Shown piece by piece: positions 24,131 to 38,400 of a DNA stretch of 64,000 bases (position 1 is the stretch's first letter; every line of letters starts with the position of its first letter). A program made the translations under genes and the position numbers. A model generated the notes under the pieces. That model worked only from the letters and a program-made list of their open reading frames with translations, ran no database searches and was not told where the DNA came from. Origin of the DNA: Selaginella moellendorffii (lineage: Eukaryota > Plantae > Lycopodiophyta); the NCBI RefSeq assembly GCF_000143415.4, contig NW_003314277.1, positions 1,392,493 to 1,456,492 of the forward strand. Direction: 5' to 3'.

Positions 24131-24449
24131 CTTCCCCCCCCCCTGCCCTTGCCCCTACAAAACACACACTTTGGGTTTTCACCCCACAACTTGTATTAGT
24201 ATTTGGACTCAGTCTCAAACTTGATCTTGGACTCGATTTTAGAACCGACATTGGACTCTATCTCGGACTCGGTTTTGGACCTATTCTTGGATTTCAAATC
24301 TCAGATCTCGGCTCGGTCTCGAACTTGGTCTCAGAGTCAGTCTCGGACTTGATTTCGGACTCAATATCATCTAATGAACTCTTTATCATTTTGATTGTGC
24401 TTTCGGTGATCCTTTAGCCTACAACACTTTGGGGAGTTGGTTCTTTACA
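24130..24449 (-). mobile_element. Truncated LTR of family B
   Basis: Degenerate (ctcgga) repeats and the terminus ggggagttggttctttaca shared with 29349, 46920 and 48223. Confidence 0.75.
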
Positions 24450-27400
24450 AATAAAAGAAGTTTGATATTTATATCAAACATCTTTTTTTTTTTTTTTTTT
24501 TTTTTTTTCATCCTACAACTTGTTCACCACGTCTTTGGGGGCATCCCCCCACTTAGCGATGTGCCTAAGTTAGCCTCCCTCACCAAGAGCCCATAACAAT
24601 AGAATATAAGTGTCTCTATACCCCTCACCTCACCACACCCTAGTATGGGGTTAGGACTTGAATCCACCCTTGCTTTACTAAAGGGTTCAGATTCGAACCC
24701 AACCTCTATAGAATATGTTTATGGATTTGACATTCCCGCGGGGAGTTGGGTGTAGTTGCCTACGCTTAGTCGAGTTAACTAACCCATGCTAATTAGCTTA
24801 CCCTTGGCATGCCTTCGGGTCCCAATATATAACATTGCTCAATTTCTCAAATAGATACTTTAATTGAATTTTGCATAAGTACATAGAGTTCTACTTTGCA
24901 AAAATTCTTCCACTAGATCTCGCACATTCATTAGGTTTTCCTTTAGTTCCCATGTTGCTTCACAGTATAGAAATATTTTCCACTTCACATGGAACTCCCT
25001 CACCTTGTGTTTTTGTCACTTGCTCTTGCATGCATTGAAGATGGCCTCAACTTCGTATTCCTTTCCCCTTGGATAACCTTAGATAAAGGTTTTACTTAGT
25101 CCTTGCAAAGTAAATCCTCAAAGTATGGCTTAAGTAAGTTCACGTGGAACACAAGGTGCATATTCCCCATCTCCTAAGGAAGTCAGAGGCAATAAACCAT
25201 TTTACTAATTTGAGCTTCAATCTCATAAAACCCTATGAACCTGCTTAAGGAACTCAAGATCAGTTCATTTATAAGAATATATATATTTTACCTTTGGGTT
25301 AATTTCTAGTTAATCTCACTTGGTAAACTTAGGTTGTTGGTGTTCAACCACACCTTATCCCCATGTTAAAACTCTATATCCCGATGCTTCTAGTTTGCAT
25401 ATTTAGTTTGCCTTGTCCAACTTCTTCGAGAAGAATGCTACTGGATGGTTTTTTTGCTTCAAAACTGTGCCTAATGCAAAGTTTAAAACATTTGTTTTTA
25501 CCTCAAAGTCCTTACCAAAGTCTGGTAACATCAACATAAAAGCCTTCCTTAACTTCCTTTTGAAATGCCACATCACATTTTATACTATTTTCCATTTTCA
25601 TGTTTAATCTGTTAAAGGTAGGGCTACCTTTAAATAGTGTTTAATAAACTTTTGGTAGTAGTTGCATAGCCCCAAAAATGCCCTTAACTTGTGTATATTC
25701 GATGATTGTTCCCATTTTTGAATCGCTTGGACCTTTTTAGGGTCCACCTTGAGCCCGTTCTTGCCCCACCACATGCCCGAGAAACTTTATCTGTTATCAA
25801 GGAAAATCGAACTTGCTCTCTTTAGCATACAGCTTGTGTTCCCTTAGTTTCTCAAACACCTTCGTCAAGTGTTCGGCATACTCCTCTAGTGTCTCGCTAT
25901 AGATCAAGATGTCGTCAATGTAGATGACTATAAAATGATTTAAATAGGGTATAAAAATGTGGTTTATCAATGCCAAGAATATTGTTGGTCTATTGCACAA
26001 CCCAAAGAGCATCACTAAAAACTCAAATCTTCTATACCTTGTCTGACAGGTTGTCTTCTCGATATCTTCCTTTGCAACCCTAATCTAGTAATATCCTAAC
26101 CTTAGATTAATCCTCAAGGAGTATTTTACTTTTCCCAACCTATCGAATAAGTCCTTAATCATGTCCTTTCTTCTTTATATACTTATTGAGCAACTGATAG
26201 TTTATGCACATGTCCATAAAGCCATTTTTTTTTTTTTTATAAATAACACTGGTGCCCCATATAGTAACTTCCTCAACTTAACATACCTTTTTTCTACCAA
26301 TTCCTCAAGTTGGCACTTGAACTCCTTGAGTTCCTTTTCATTCAACTGATAGAGAGGACGAATCACCACCTTAGCACCCTTAACTAGCTTGATTTTATGT
26401 TTTATTGGTCATGCAAGGGGTAACCTTGCCGATAACTCTTTTGGCATAATATCTCAAAATTGGTTTAACACCTGCTAGATCATTAAAGGTGTTTTTTTTG
26501 TTCTTGTGTTTTTGTCATTCATCACTGAGAGTAAGTACAAAAATGCTACCTTGGTTCTTTTAGTGAGTTGTCCTTTCGTGAATACTAAGTTCAAGCAAGA
26601 GTATTTGGCCTTATTTTGCCTTACCTTTAGATCTTGGGCCTCCACCTTAGATCGTTCTCCTTAGGCATTCGTTAGTACCACAAAGTTCCTACCTTATCCA
26701 TGTAGAGCTACCATAAATTGATTGAACCAATCTATCTTGAAGATCACATCAAATCCTGCCATGTTTAACACAGTGAAATCTATGTTTACTTTCCATGTCT
26801 TTACTTTGATTCTTGTTTATCGAAGTACCTCATCGGTGCTTTGGCTACTTTGAACAAACCCTATAGTCCTTGGTTTACCCAGTTGTTACATTATTAGTCT
26901 GGCTTGCTAGACTATGTCTGTAGCCACAAAATTATCCAAAGCACCCGTGTAAATAAAGATCATGACGAAACTACCTCCGAGCTTCCCTCGAAGGGTTAGT
27001 AGATGTCACAAAGAACTCTCTACCAAAGTTGCTCATGTAATAAATAACTTTGAGCTAGGGACTAGATCATGTACCTCAATTTGGATTTCACCTGACTTAA
27101 TACCCATATTGACTTTGGCCTTTTTTGGGTAAGGACATTCCCTAAAAAAATGTTCTACTTCACCAAAGTTGAAGAATATGTTATTTCTTATGCTACTAAT
27201 AGATTTAACCTTTTTATCAGTAGGTTTATCCTTTTTCACTTAATTCCCCCATGTATTTTCTCGTTAGCCCCTGGATCTACCTTTTCGAAATCCTGAGAAC
27301 TCATTCTTAAATAAACTTTTTTTGAATTTTCCTTTGCCATATGTCCCTCTTGGTTTGGCTCCTTTGCTAAATGTGGACCCCAACCCTATTGTGTTCCCCT

Positions 27401-28044
27401 TTCGCAAGTTATCATTGAAATGCACTTTAATAGCTACATCCAATGCTTATTTGTAATTAGTTAGTTTCCAATGTATCACCTCGCCTCAGTAAGCCTGATA
27501 TAAAGGCATGGAACGCATTCATGTTGCTCATGTCTATAACAAAGATCCTCTTCACCATGAATGCATTCACATATTCTTGAATTGTTCTCATCTACTTTAG
27601 TTTACTAAACTCATCCTTTAGATGCAAAGTAGCATTTGGAAGAACGTAAGCTATATGGATTCTCACTTTTATCATTTCCCAAATGGCCATCAGTCCTTCG
27701 TTGACCTCTATTTTTCTCCACCAAGACTTAGCATTATTTGCCAAGTATGGTTTAGCGAAGATATAAACTTTTTCGAGCTCGGTAATCGCAATGCTTAAAA
27801 GTAATCCTCCATATCATAAAACCAATCCTCCACCACCTTATAGTCATTCATTCCCTTAAAGACCAATAGGGGGCTTTGGTTTGTACTTAGGAATTACTTG
27901 AGGGACTGATTCCACTTCAGTTTTTTTGACTTTATTCGGTTCTGCCTCAATCCCCACCCAAGGGTCTACGCCTTTTGCATTGCTAGCATTTATAGTCTTT
28001 ATCTTTTTCTTTTACTTCTTGTCATGCTTTAACTTGCATATGAG
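24450..28044 (-). mobile_element. Degenerate chromovirus-type Ty3/gypsy internal region (gag, zinc knuckle, protease, RT, start of RNase H, GPY/F, chromodomain, 3' UTR); integrase core deleted
   Basis: RT FIVIYIDDILIYSETLEEYAEHL (25797-26015). Knuckle FNFGEVEHFFRECP (~27130-27175). Chromodomain EYEVEAIF...REFHVKW (~24980-25060). Many stops. Confidence 0.9.
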
Positions 28045-28368
28045 NNNNNNNNNNNNNNNNNNNNNNNNNNNNNNNNNNNNNNNNNNNNNNNNNNNNNNNN
28101 NNNNNNNNNNNNNNNNNNNNNNNNNNNNNNNNNNNNNNNNNNNNNNNNNNNNNNNNNNNNNNNNNNNNNNNNNNNNNNNNNNNNNNNNNNNNNNNNNNNN
28201 NNNNNNNNNNNNNNNNNNNNNNNNNNNNNNNNNNNNNNNNNNNNNNNNNNNNNNNNNNNNNNNNNNNNNNNNNNNNNNNNNNNNNNNNNNNNNNNNNNNN
28301 NNNNNNNNNNNNNNNNNNNNNNNNNNNNNNNNNNNNNNNNNNNNNNNNNNNNNNNNNNNNNNNNNNNN
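28045..28368. other. Assembly gap (324 N)
   Basis: Run of N. Confidence 1.
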
Positions 28369-29349
28369 GTGTACCATCTATCCACAGATTCCAAATTCTC
28401 TCCTAATCCCCTCTCCGGGTTAGACTAGACTTAGGTTTGGGTACACTCTTTGTAGGCACAAGCAACTAAGCACATCAAGCCTCTAGGTTCCTAACATCTT
28501 TTGGTACAACAAGAGTTGATCATGGGACCCTTTAAATCTTAAGCCTTGGGTGCAACACTTACTTCGGGACACTAGGAGGAAACACTGTGGCCTAATGGCC
28601 TAGTATGGGTACCCCTACTCCCCCACTTTCATCCTGAAAGGAAGGCCCAAGCCACTAGGAAGGGTGAAGACCAATGAGCCACAAGGTACTCAAGTGGGGC
28701 ACCACTCCACATGAGCCAGGAGCACTGTAGTTGATTTCCCTTTTGGGAGTGGGAATTACTTTTGAACACTTCCTTGGGTGGCCCTTCCGGCGCTACCCGA
28801 GTCCATGCTCACTCCCACCCAAGGCCCCCTAATCCCTAGTCTCACTCTCAAATCAATTTGGAAACACCCCTAAAAAGTTCCTTCAAGATTAATTCTTAGA
28901 CCTCACTATCCTTACTATACTACTATACTTTTGGAACCCCCTATAGCCCCCCACCCACTTTGGAAGACACAAACTTCACTTTGGGCTTTCACCCCACAAC
29001 CTATATTAGTATTTGGACTCAGCCTCGGACTCAATCTTGGACTTGACCTTGGACTCGACCTCGGACTCAGTCTTAGACTTGATTTCGCAATCAATCTCAG
29101 ACTCGACCTTAGACTTGATCTCAAATTCGATCTCATACTCAATTTTGGACCCGATCTTGGATCTCGGACTCGGTCTCGAACTCAGTCTCAGACTTGGTCT
29201 TGAACTCGGTCTCGGACTTGGACTCAATCTCAAAATCGGTCTCAGATTTGATCTTGGACTCTATCTCATCTGATAAACTCTTTATCATTTTGGTCATACT
29301 TTTGGGAATTCTTTAACCTATAACACCTCGGGGAGTTGGTTCCTTACAG
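28369..29349 (-). mobile_element. LTR of family B (left end in the gap), lying ~180 bp downstream of another family B PBS
   Basis: Colinear with 47105-48223. Ends ggggagttggttccttaca. Confidence 0.85.
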
Positions 29350-30789
29350 TTTCTTCACTAGAGTCTTTCTTATGCAAGGATTCCTCATCCACAATTTCTT
29401 GTTTTACTAGAGGCTCCAACTCTAGAGGAGGTTCGGTCTTTGCTTTGGTTATCTTATGCCTTGTCTTAGCTATCTCTTAGCAATCTACTTTTATCCTTTG
29501 TTAAAACTGAGAAAAAGGCTTTGATACCAAATTATAAGCCATAAATTTTTTCTTTCCAGTTTGCTAACTTACTTTATCTATCCAACCACCACGACCTTGG
29601 CTTTAGTTAAGTTCCTTCATCAAAGTTCCCATCTATTGTACCAACTCCTGTTTGGTCTTACTTGGTTTTAGCAACTCACTACACAAGCAATGGAGCATTA
29701 GCCATCCATCCACGGATACCCAAATTTTCTCTCAATCCCCTTTGTTATGTTAAACTAGACTTAAGGTTTGGTTACACTCCCCGTAGGCACAAGTAGCCAA
29801 GCACACCAAACCTCCAAGTTATTAACATCCCTTGGTACAACAAAATTTGATTATGGGACCCTCAAAATCCCAAGCCTTGGGTGCAACATTTGCTTCGGGA
29901 CACCAGGGGGAAACACCATAGCCTAATAGCCTAGTATGGGTACCCCTACTCCCCCATTTCCATCTTGAAAGGAAGGCCCAAGTGTAAGCGACTAATTTTT
30001 CCATTTTACTTTAGTCACTTAACCGCACCTTCGACCACTTGGAGGAGTCTCATTCACAACCTCCATAAGTCCCAGTTAGGACTAAGGGCTTGCTAGCCCC
30101 GAGAATGGCATCCATGCCACTCAACCTTTGCACTTGATCCAAGTGCTCCACATGTTTAATCCCATGACTGACACCCCAAGGTACCACCGACATATCGGCT
30201 CGTTACACTAAGGCCATGCCCATTCACCCTGGTCACACTGGTGGTCTAACGCCATCTGCATCATAGTCCCGTCTCTAAAAGACTGGGCCATCCGTCCGTG
30301 AGTGATCATCCCAGATCTACTCTTTAGCATCCTTAGGATGCCCGCAGACATGGGGAATAGCCTTCCCCGACAATTCTTTTCCAGTCCCCATTAAGTCCCT
30401 TTTTGTCCATGGCCGTGTTCGCTAACACTGCCACTAGATCAAGGCCCATAGGCTTGACCTCTAAGTCCCACTATCCTTTGGGACTTCCTCACCATGTGAC
30501 TGTATCCTTAGTCACTGCACTAGAGGATTGCTCCTCTTCCCTTTCACCATTTGGGACTTTGGGACAACATTTCGGAACATTGTGGCCTTATGCAAGCCTC
30601 ATGGGTACTCTCCCCACCTTTTGCCTTTAGGTGCTCTAGCCATGGGCTTAGAGTGAGGTTCCGTTGAGCCATGCCAGGTATCCAAGTAGGTAGTGCCACC
30701 CACACTTGGACTAGGAGCATCAGCTAGTCGATCTCCCGGGGGAACTAGAGCCGGCTCTTGAACATTTCACCAAGCTACCCCGCTTGTTA

Positions 30790-31581
<792 letters not shown>

Positions 31582-33280
31582 TCATGTGTCATGTGTCATG
31601 TGTCGGTCCTCTTGTGTCCCTTTTCTAGAGACTCACTTAAATTTCACTTCATACTTGTTCCTCGAGCACTTTGTTGGGAGTTCCACTCCCACTCTCGACC
31701 TTTTCAAGTCAGAGCTTTTAGTCCAAATGTGTTACGCTCGTTTGGCTTTCGCTTCGGCCACTACCACATGGTGCCCTTTCGGCTCCACTTTGGGGCCTAG
31801 AGATTTTGTGTCTCACAACTCCACCACCCATAGACGAAGTTCAATGTCCTCATTGAACGGTAACCCTTTCATAAAGTAACACCCGCACGTATTACCATTT
31901 CCATCCTTGGCACCCAGCCAATATTTATCTATGGTTTGACACCAAAGGCTCACCATGCCTTGTCCATCCTCTAAGGAGTATAGCCTCTCCAACTTAGAGG
32001 TTCATTCGACCACTTGTGGTGGTTCTCCTTTTATTAGTTTAGTTCTCACTAAACCTATTAGAGATACTTTCTCTAATTCAATCCCACTACTCATTCTCGA
32101 GTGGTCTCACTTTCCATCGATATAACCCTTGCACATTAGAACTTTTAATTCTGACTTCTCGAAGTCAATTTCCTGGGTGTCTCCGACACCTTGCATTGCA
32201 CATATTGTGCAACTCCACTTCCCCATCCTAGAAAGTTCTCTACTTGACGGCAACATCATCCTCTCTTCAATTTCGTGCCACATTTAGCACTAAGTTCCAG
32301 TTATTATAATTTATGCTAAAGCTGTCTACGGCCTTATCATTTGGCTACCTTACCGCTCCCACCTTTGGAGCTTCCACTTTCACCACATTGGAGCAATTAT
32401 GAATCCATCTTTGGGAACACATTGCCTTTTCCACAATTCATTAGCACCCAACACCTTAGTGTTCTTGGCCTAACTTTGCCATTTGAATTCTTTCCCATGA
32501 TTCCCAGGCTCTTTACTTAGCCACTAGTCTTTTGCTCCTATCTTTGATTGTTGCACCCAGCAATATAGGATCGCTACCTCCATTTTCGAGGTATCTTTTC
32601 AGTTCCATAGCAAAGACTCTCCTTTGCCAAATCCGGAGGGTGTTCACCCCTAGTATGTCTCTTTAGCATCTTCTCATGTGGGTTCTATCCATGGCCCAAC
32701 TTTGTGACCCTCCCATGGGTCTTTTATAGAGATTACTTTCTTCGGACTCACTATGCCATTGCATTGACATATCTTATTTCCTTTAGGTGTTCTTCTCACT
32801 TGGTCACCTTGACCAAGCCACACCATCATCAATAATTCCAATCAACACTTTGAACTTGGAACTTTATCCCTTAACCTCACAAGGACCTTGTCCTTATTTT
32901 GGCTATAAGATCACCTAGTGATCTAACCTTGGCATCTTAACAGGTTTGCCAATAGGTACTAGGTCTTTTAGACCTTTAAGTTGTTGACTATGACCCCAAG
33001 GGCATCCCCCACACTTGGCGGTGCACCCATGCTAACCCATCTGGGCAAGGGTCCATAGCCACTAAGACTGGGTGTCCCCATTTCATTCACCACGTCCTTG
33101 GTGCCACTTGCACCAAAGTTTTCAAGTTAAATATACTAAGCTTTCACACTAAACAATCTAATCGTGCATCACGACTCCGGGGCATCCCCTGCTTGGCGGT
33201 GTGCCCAAGCTAGTCTCTTTACTAAGAGTCCATGACCACCGAAAAATGAGTGTCTTCATATTCCAAACCATCACCGAACC

Positions 33281-33393
33281 CTAGTGAATTGGGACTCGAA
33301 CCCAAGCACTAGAGAGTCGGGACTCGAACCCAACCTCCGTATATGCATCTACGGACGGCATCACACCGGATGCCTGGCGTGACTCCCCACGCC
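33281..33393 (-). other. Five abutting hairpins with two UUCGAGU (tRNA T-loop / B-box) loops in the A1 internal region; homologs at 38371-38483 and ~24640-24770
   Basis: Plus-strand stems: ctagtg..ttggg/cccaa..cactag, gtcggg/cccaac, tccgta/tacgga, ggcatc/gatgcc, ggcgtg/cacgcc. Confidence 0.7.
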
Positions 33394-35450
33394 GGTGCAC
33401 AAACTTATATTTAAAGCATGCTATGGATCACTACTTAGGAATCTAGTTCCTCTGCATTGCCAAGTTTTCTCACTTGACAAGTCTGTGATCACACATGGAC
33501 TCTTCCATGCTTGGCCCCATAGGCCACCCCTTTGAAGTTGGCTCCTTCAACTAGGGTATTCGTTCCCCTGACTTGCCAATCTCACTTAGCAAGTCATCCG
33601 ACCACTGTAACATGGTTCATGCATAAACGTGAAAGTCCTTAACCATCGACTTTCATTCAAAGCCCTTTCTTTGAACACTCGGGAACTACTTCCCTAACCT
33701 TGATAACCTCGCCTCTCGGCAAGCTTCAAGACCACGCTTCTGCTGTGCCACTCTAATTTTGCGCGCTCTATAAACCATTTACACTTGGATATCTAGGTAC
33801 TTATCTATCTAGGGGAACGTTTAAGGAACTCTGTTCCTTAGCTTGCTAAAGTCTCTCCATTCGCAAGCTTTTCAATTACCATATAGTCTAACATGAACAA
33901 TCCTATGCTTTAGACTCTCCATAACATCCCAGTTGCTAGTAACAACATGCTTGATCACCCATTTGATTCTCCACTCCCAACTTCCATAACCACCCTTGGT
34001 TATACCTGTTAATTCCTATGGTTCAGTTCTATCCCTTTACTACTTGCCTTTTGGCCTCATACATTTCCTTCGATTATTCTCCTCTAGATTAGGAAGATAG
34101 CTTTGCACTTTCTACCATGCCTTGGCAAGTATTTATAAGGATGAACCTACTAGACAGCCTAGGGAGTGGTTCCTCAATCTGGGTTTGCTCACCTTGTAAT
34201 CCCACACACTAGGATTACCGTTGCTACTTATGGGCCTTCATATGCCCATCATTAACTTTACCAAAATCCCCTTTTGGCTTTGTCCAATTCGGGTAGACGG
34301 ACTTCTCCCGTCTCCACAACCTTGGACATTTGGATAGCATCTATTATCCATCATTCGCTAGGGACTTTGTCCCTTGGTCATTATCCATTGCCCTCATGAC
34401 ACCAAACACCACCTTCTAGTGTTCTAGAGTGTTTAGGTGTCCCAATAATGGTTTCTCTGATAATGAGCATTCCCTTTTCGACATTGACTTACTATATTGC
34501 AACATAAGCAATTTATCCCCCATAAGGGTATATCTACCTTTTTTATCCTAATAAGAAGTCTTAAGTAGTTGCCTTCTACCAGTTTAACGAATTATTTTGC
34601 ACCTTTTGCTTAGTTGCCTCATAGTTGTCAAGTCCTACAATTCATTGCTAGTGCTTCCACACCTCCATCATTATCTGGGTCACCACACTCTAACCGCATG
34701 CCTTCTAGCTTAGGCTATGCCATTCTCATTTCCATTAGAATTCCTTTGGACAGGGTTCTCATGAACTCGCCAACTTGACCTTAAGGCAGCACGCCTTGGC
34801 ACCTTTGGTGTCTCCACACCATCGGCTCCACGAGCCTACCTTTATGACACTTTTTACTGGTGTCTAGGTCTTTTTGCCAAGACTAATATGGTTGTCTTTT
34901 ATGCCAATTATCCATTAACACTGCACTATAGAGTTTATGCACAACTTTGTGTCAAAGTTGTTTTCTTCCAGGAAACTCTTTCCCACGACTTTAGCATGGC
35001 ACCTTCTGCCATCAATGAGATACACATTGTTCTCATGCTTGGATCTCAAGATCCTCCCCATCCTTCATGGGGCACCACACACCTCAGTCCAAATGCTTCT
35101 ATCAATCCCTTAGGATTATTCTTTGACTCTATTGGAGTCATTCAACTTTTTGGACTTTGCTAATCTGATGATCCATGAGGTCTTACTTTTGAGGTGCTAG
35201 CTCACTGGAATACAACGCCTTGTATTCATGTTCTACTCACAAGGACCATCTTTGCAAGTGTTACTCTGACACTTGATTTGTTCTTTAGGGGCAACCTTTT
35301 GCCCCTTATGACCATTTGTCCATGTGATGAGAATACCAACTCATCCTCTAAATACACCCCCAACTCCTTGGGTTGTTATAGCATTTATTAGAGGTAGCCC
35401 CAGCTACCATTTCAAGGACTTGTATCCTCTTCCGTATTTGACCTCCCTCG

Positions 35451-38400
35451 TGTAAGCGACTAATTTTTCCATTTTACTTTAGTCACTTAACTGCACCTCC
35501 GACCACTTGGAGGAGTCTCATTCACAACCTCCATAAGTCCCCGTTAGGACTTGGGGCTTGCCAGCCCTAAGAATGGCATCCATGCCACTCAACCTTTGCA
35601 CTTGGTCCAAGTGCTCCACGTGTCCGATCCCATGACCGACACCCCAAGGTACCATCGACATACCAGCCCGTTACACTAGGCCATGCCCATTCACCTTGGT
35701 CACACCAGTGGTCTAACGCCACCTACATCATAATCCCGTCTCTCAAAGACTGAGCCATCCATCCATGAGCGATCATCCCAGATCTACTCCTTAGCATCCT
35801 TAGGATGCCCGTAGACATGGGGAATAGCCTTCCCCGACAACTCTTTTCCAGTCCCCACCAAGTCCCTTTTAGTCCATGGCCGTGTTCGCCAACACTGCCA
35901 CTAGATCAAGGCCCGCAAGCCTGACCGCTAAGTCCCACTATCCTTTGGGACTTCCCCACCATGTGACTGTATCCTTGGTCACTGCATTAGAGGCCTACTC
36001 CTCTTCCTTTTCACCGTTTGGGACTTTAGGACAACATTTCGGAACACCGTGGCCTTATGCAAGCCTCATGGGTACTCTCCCCGCCTTTCGCCTTTAGGTG
36101 CTCTAGCCATGGGCTTAGAGTGAGGTTCCGTTGAGCCACGACAGGTATCCAAGTAGGTAGTGCCACCCACACTTGGACTGGGAGCATCGGCCAGTCGATC
36201 TCCCGGGGGAACTAGAGCTGGCTCTTGAACACTTCACCAAGCTACCCTGCTTGTCGATTTGTGTTCACTCTAGTCTTGGACTTCCCAGTGGGCAGCTCAT
36301 CACCCAACACTGGGTCCAGCCTTCCTGGGCCAAACTGGCCTTTCCTAGCCAAACTGGCTCCATTGTAGTCCTCCCCCTACTATACTTTTGGAGCTCACCA
36401 AACCCCCCAGGGTCTGGGAGACGAACGCTTTGGGCTTTCACCCTCTCAGGCTTGAACTCGGACTCGGCCTCGGACTCAGACTCAGACTCGGACTCGGACT
36501 CGGATTCGGACTCGGACTCGGACTCAGCCTCGGCCTCGGTCTCGGTCTCGGTCCCGATCTCGGTCTCGGTCTCGGTCTCGGTCCCGGTCTCGACTTCGGA
36601 CTCCATCTCGGGTCCATCTCAAGTCCATCTTGGACTCCATCTCGGACTCCACCTCGGACTCCATCTCGGGTCCTTTTCGGACTCCATCTCGGGTCCCATC
36701 TCGGGTCCCTTTTTGGAGCTTTGCTTATTGCTCTCTTTGTGCTTGTTCCTCGAGCACTTCGTTGGGAGTTCCACTCCCGCTCTCGACCTTTCAAGGCGGA
36801 GCTTTTAGTCCAAACGTGTTACGCTCGTTTGGCTTTCGCTTCGGCCACTACCACGTGGCGCCCCTCCGGCTCCACTTTGGGGCCTAGGGATTTTGTGTCT
36901 CACAACTCCACCACCCATAGACGAAGTTCGATGTCGTCATCGAACAGTAAACCCTTTCATAAAGTAACACCCGCACGTGTTACCATTTCCATCCTTGGCA
37001 CCTAACCAATATTTGTCTATGGTTTGACACCAAAGGCTCACCATGCCTTGTCCATCCTCTAAGGAGCATAGCCCCTCTAACTTAGAGGCTCATTCGACCA
37101 CTTGTGGTGGTTCTCTCCTTTTATGTGTTTAGTTTTCATTAAACCTGTTAGAGACACCTTCTCTAACTCAATCCCACTACTCATTCTCGAGTGGTCTCTC
37201 TTTTCAGCGCTATAACCCTTGCACTTTGGAACTTTTAATTCTGACTTCTCGAAGTTAATTTCTTAGGTGTCTCCGACACCTTGCATTGCACATATTGTGC
37301 AACTCCACTTCCTCGTCCTAGGAAGTTCTCCACTTGAGGGCACCATCATCCTTTGTTCGATTTCATGCCACCTTTGGGCACTGAGCTCCAGTTATCATAT
37401 TTTGTGCTAGGGCTGTCCATGGCCCTATCTTTTGGCTACTTTGCCGCTCCCTCACTTGGAGCTTTTACTTCACCAAATTGAAGCACTTAGGAATCCATCC
37501 TTGGAAGTTCACTTCCTTTCCCACAAGCCATTAGCATCACACACATTAGTGTTCCTTGGCTAACTTTGCCATTTGGATCCCTTCCATTAAATTCCATGGC
37601 CCAAACTTGGCCATTAGTCTTTTGCTCCTATCCTTGATTGTTGCACCTAGTACCATAGGATCGTTACCTCCATTTTTGAGGTATCCTTTTGGTTCCATAG
37701 CAAAGACTCTTCTTTGCCAAGTCCGGAGGATGTTCATCTCTAGTACGTCTCTTTAGCATCTTCTGCTATGTGCTCTATCCACGGCCCAACTTCGTGACCC
37801 TCCCATGGGTCTTTTATAGAGACTACTTTCCTCGGACTCACTATGCCCTCGCACGGACATAGTTTATTTCCCTTAGGTGCTCTTCCCACTTGGTCATCAT
37901 GACCAAGCCACACCACCTTAAACAGTTCAATTTCAACATTTTGAACCAGGAACTTCATTCCTTAGCCAACCAAGGACCTTGTCCTTATTTGGCCATAAGA
38001 TCACCTAGTGATCTCACCTTGGCATCTTAACAGAGTTGCCAAGAGGTACTTGGTTTTCTAGACCTTCAAGTTGTTGACTATAACCCCGGGGGCATCCCCC
38101 ACACTTGGCGGTGCAGCCAAGCCAGCCCTTACAGCCAAGGGTTCACAGCAACTGAGATTAGGTGTCCCCATCTCACTCACCACATCCTTGGTGCCACTTG
38201 CACCAAAGCATTCAAGTTAGATACGTCGAGCTTTCACACTAAGCAATCTAACCGTGCATCACGACTCCGAGGCATCCCTCGCTTGGCGGTGTGCCCAAAC
38301 CAGTCTCCACACTGAGAGTCCATGACCACCGAAATATGAGTGTCCTCATATTCCAAACCATCATCACGCCCTAGTGATTTGGGACTCAAACCCAAGCACT

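Noticed and set aside
29260-29320. Hammerhead ribozyme (retrozyme) in the LTRs
   Set aside because: No CUGAUGA...GAAA core with proper stems seen on either strand.
33281-33393. Bona fide tRNA gene
   Set aside because: T-arm motifs are present, but there is no canonical A-box/D-arm or 7-nt anticodon loop, and the acceptor stem competes with the T-stem.
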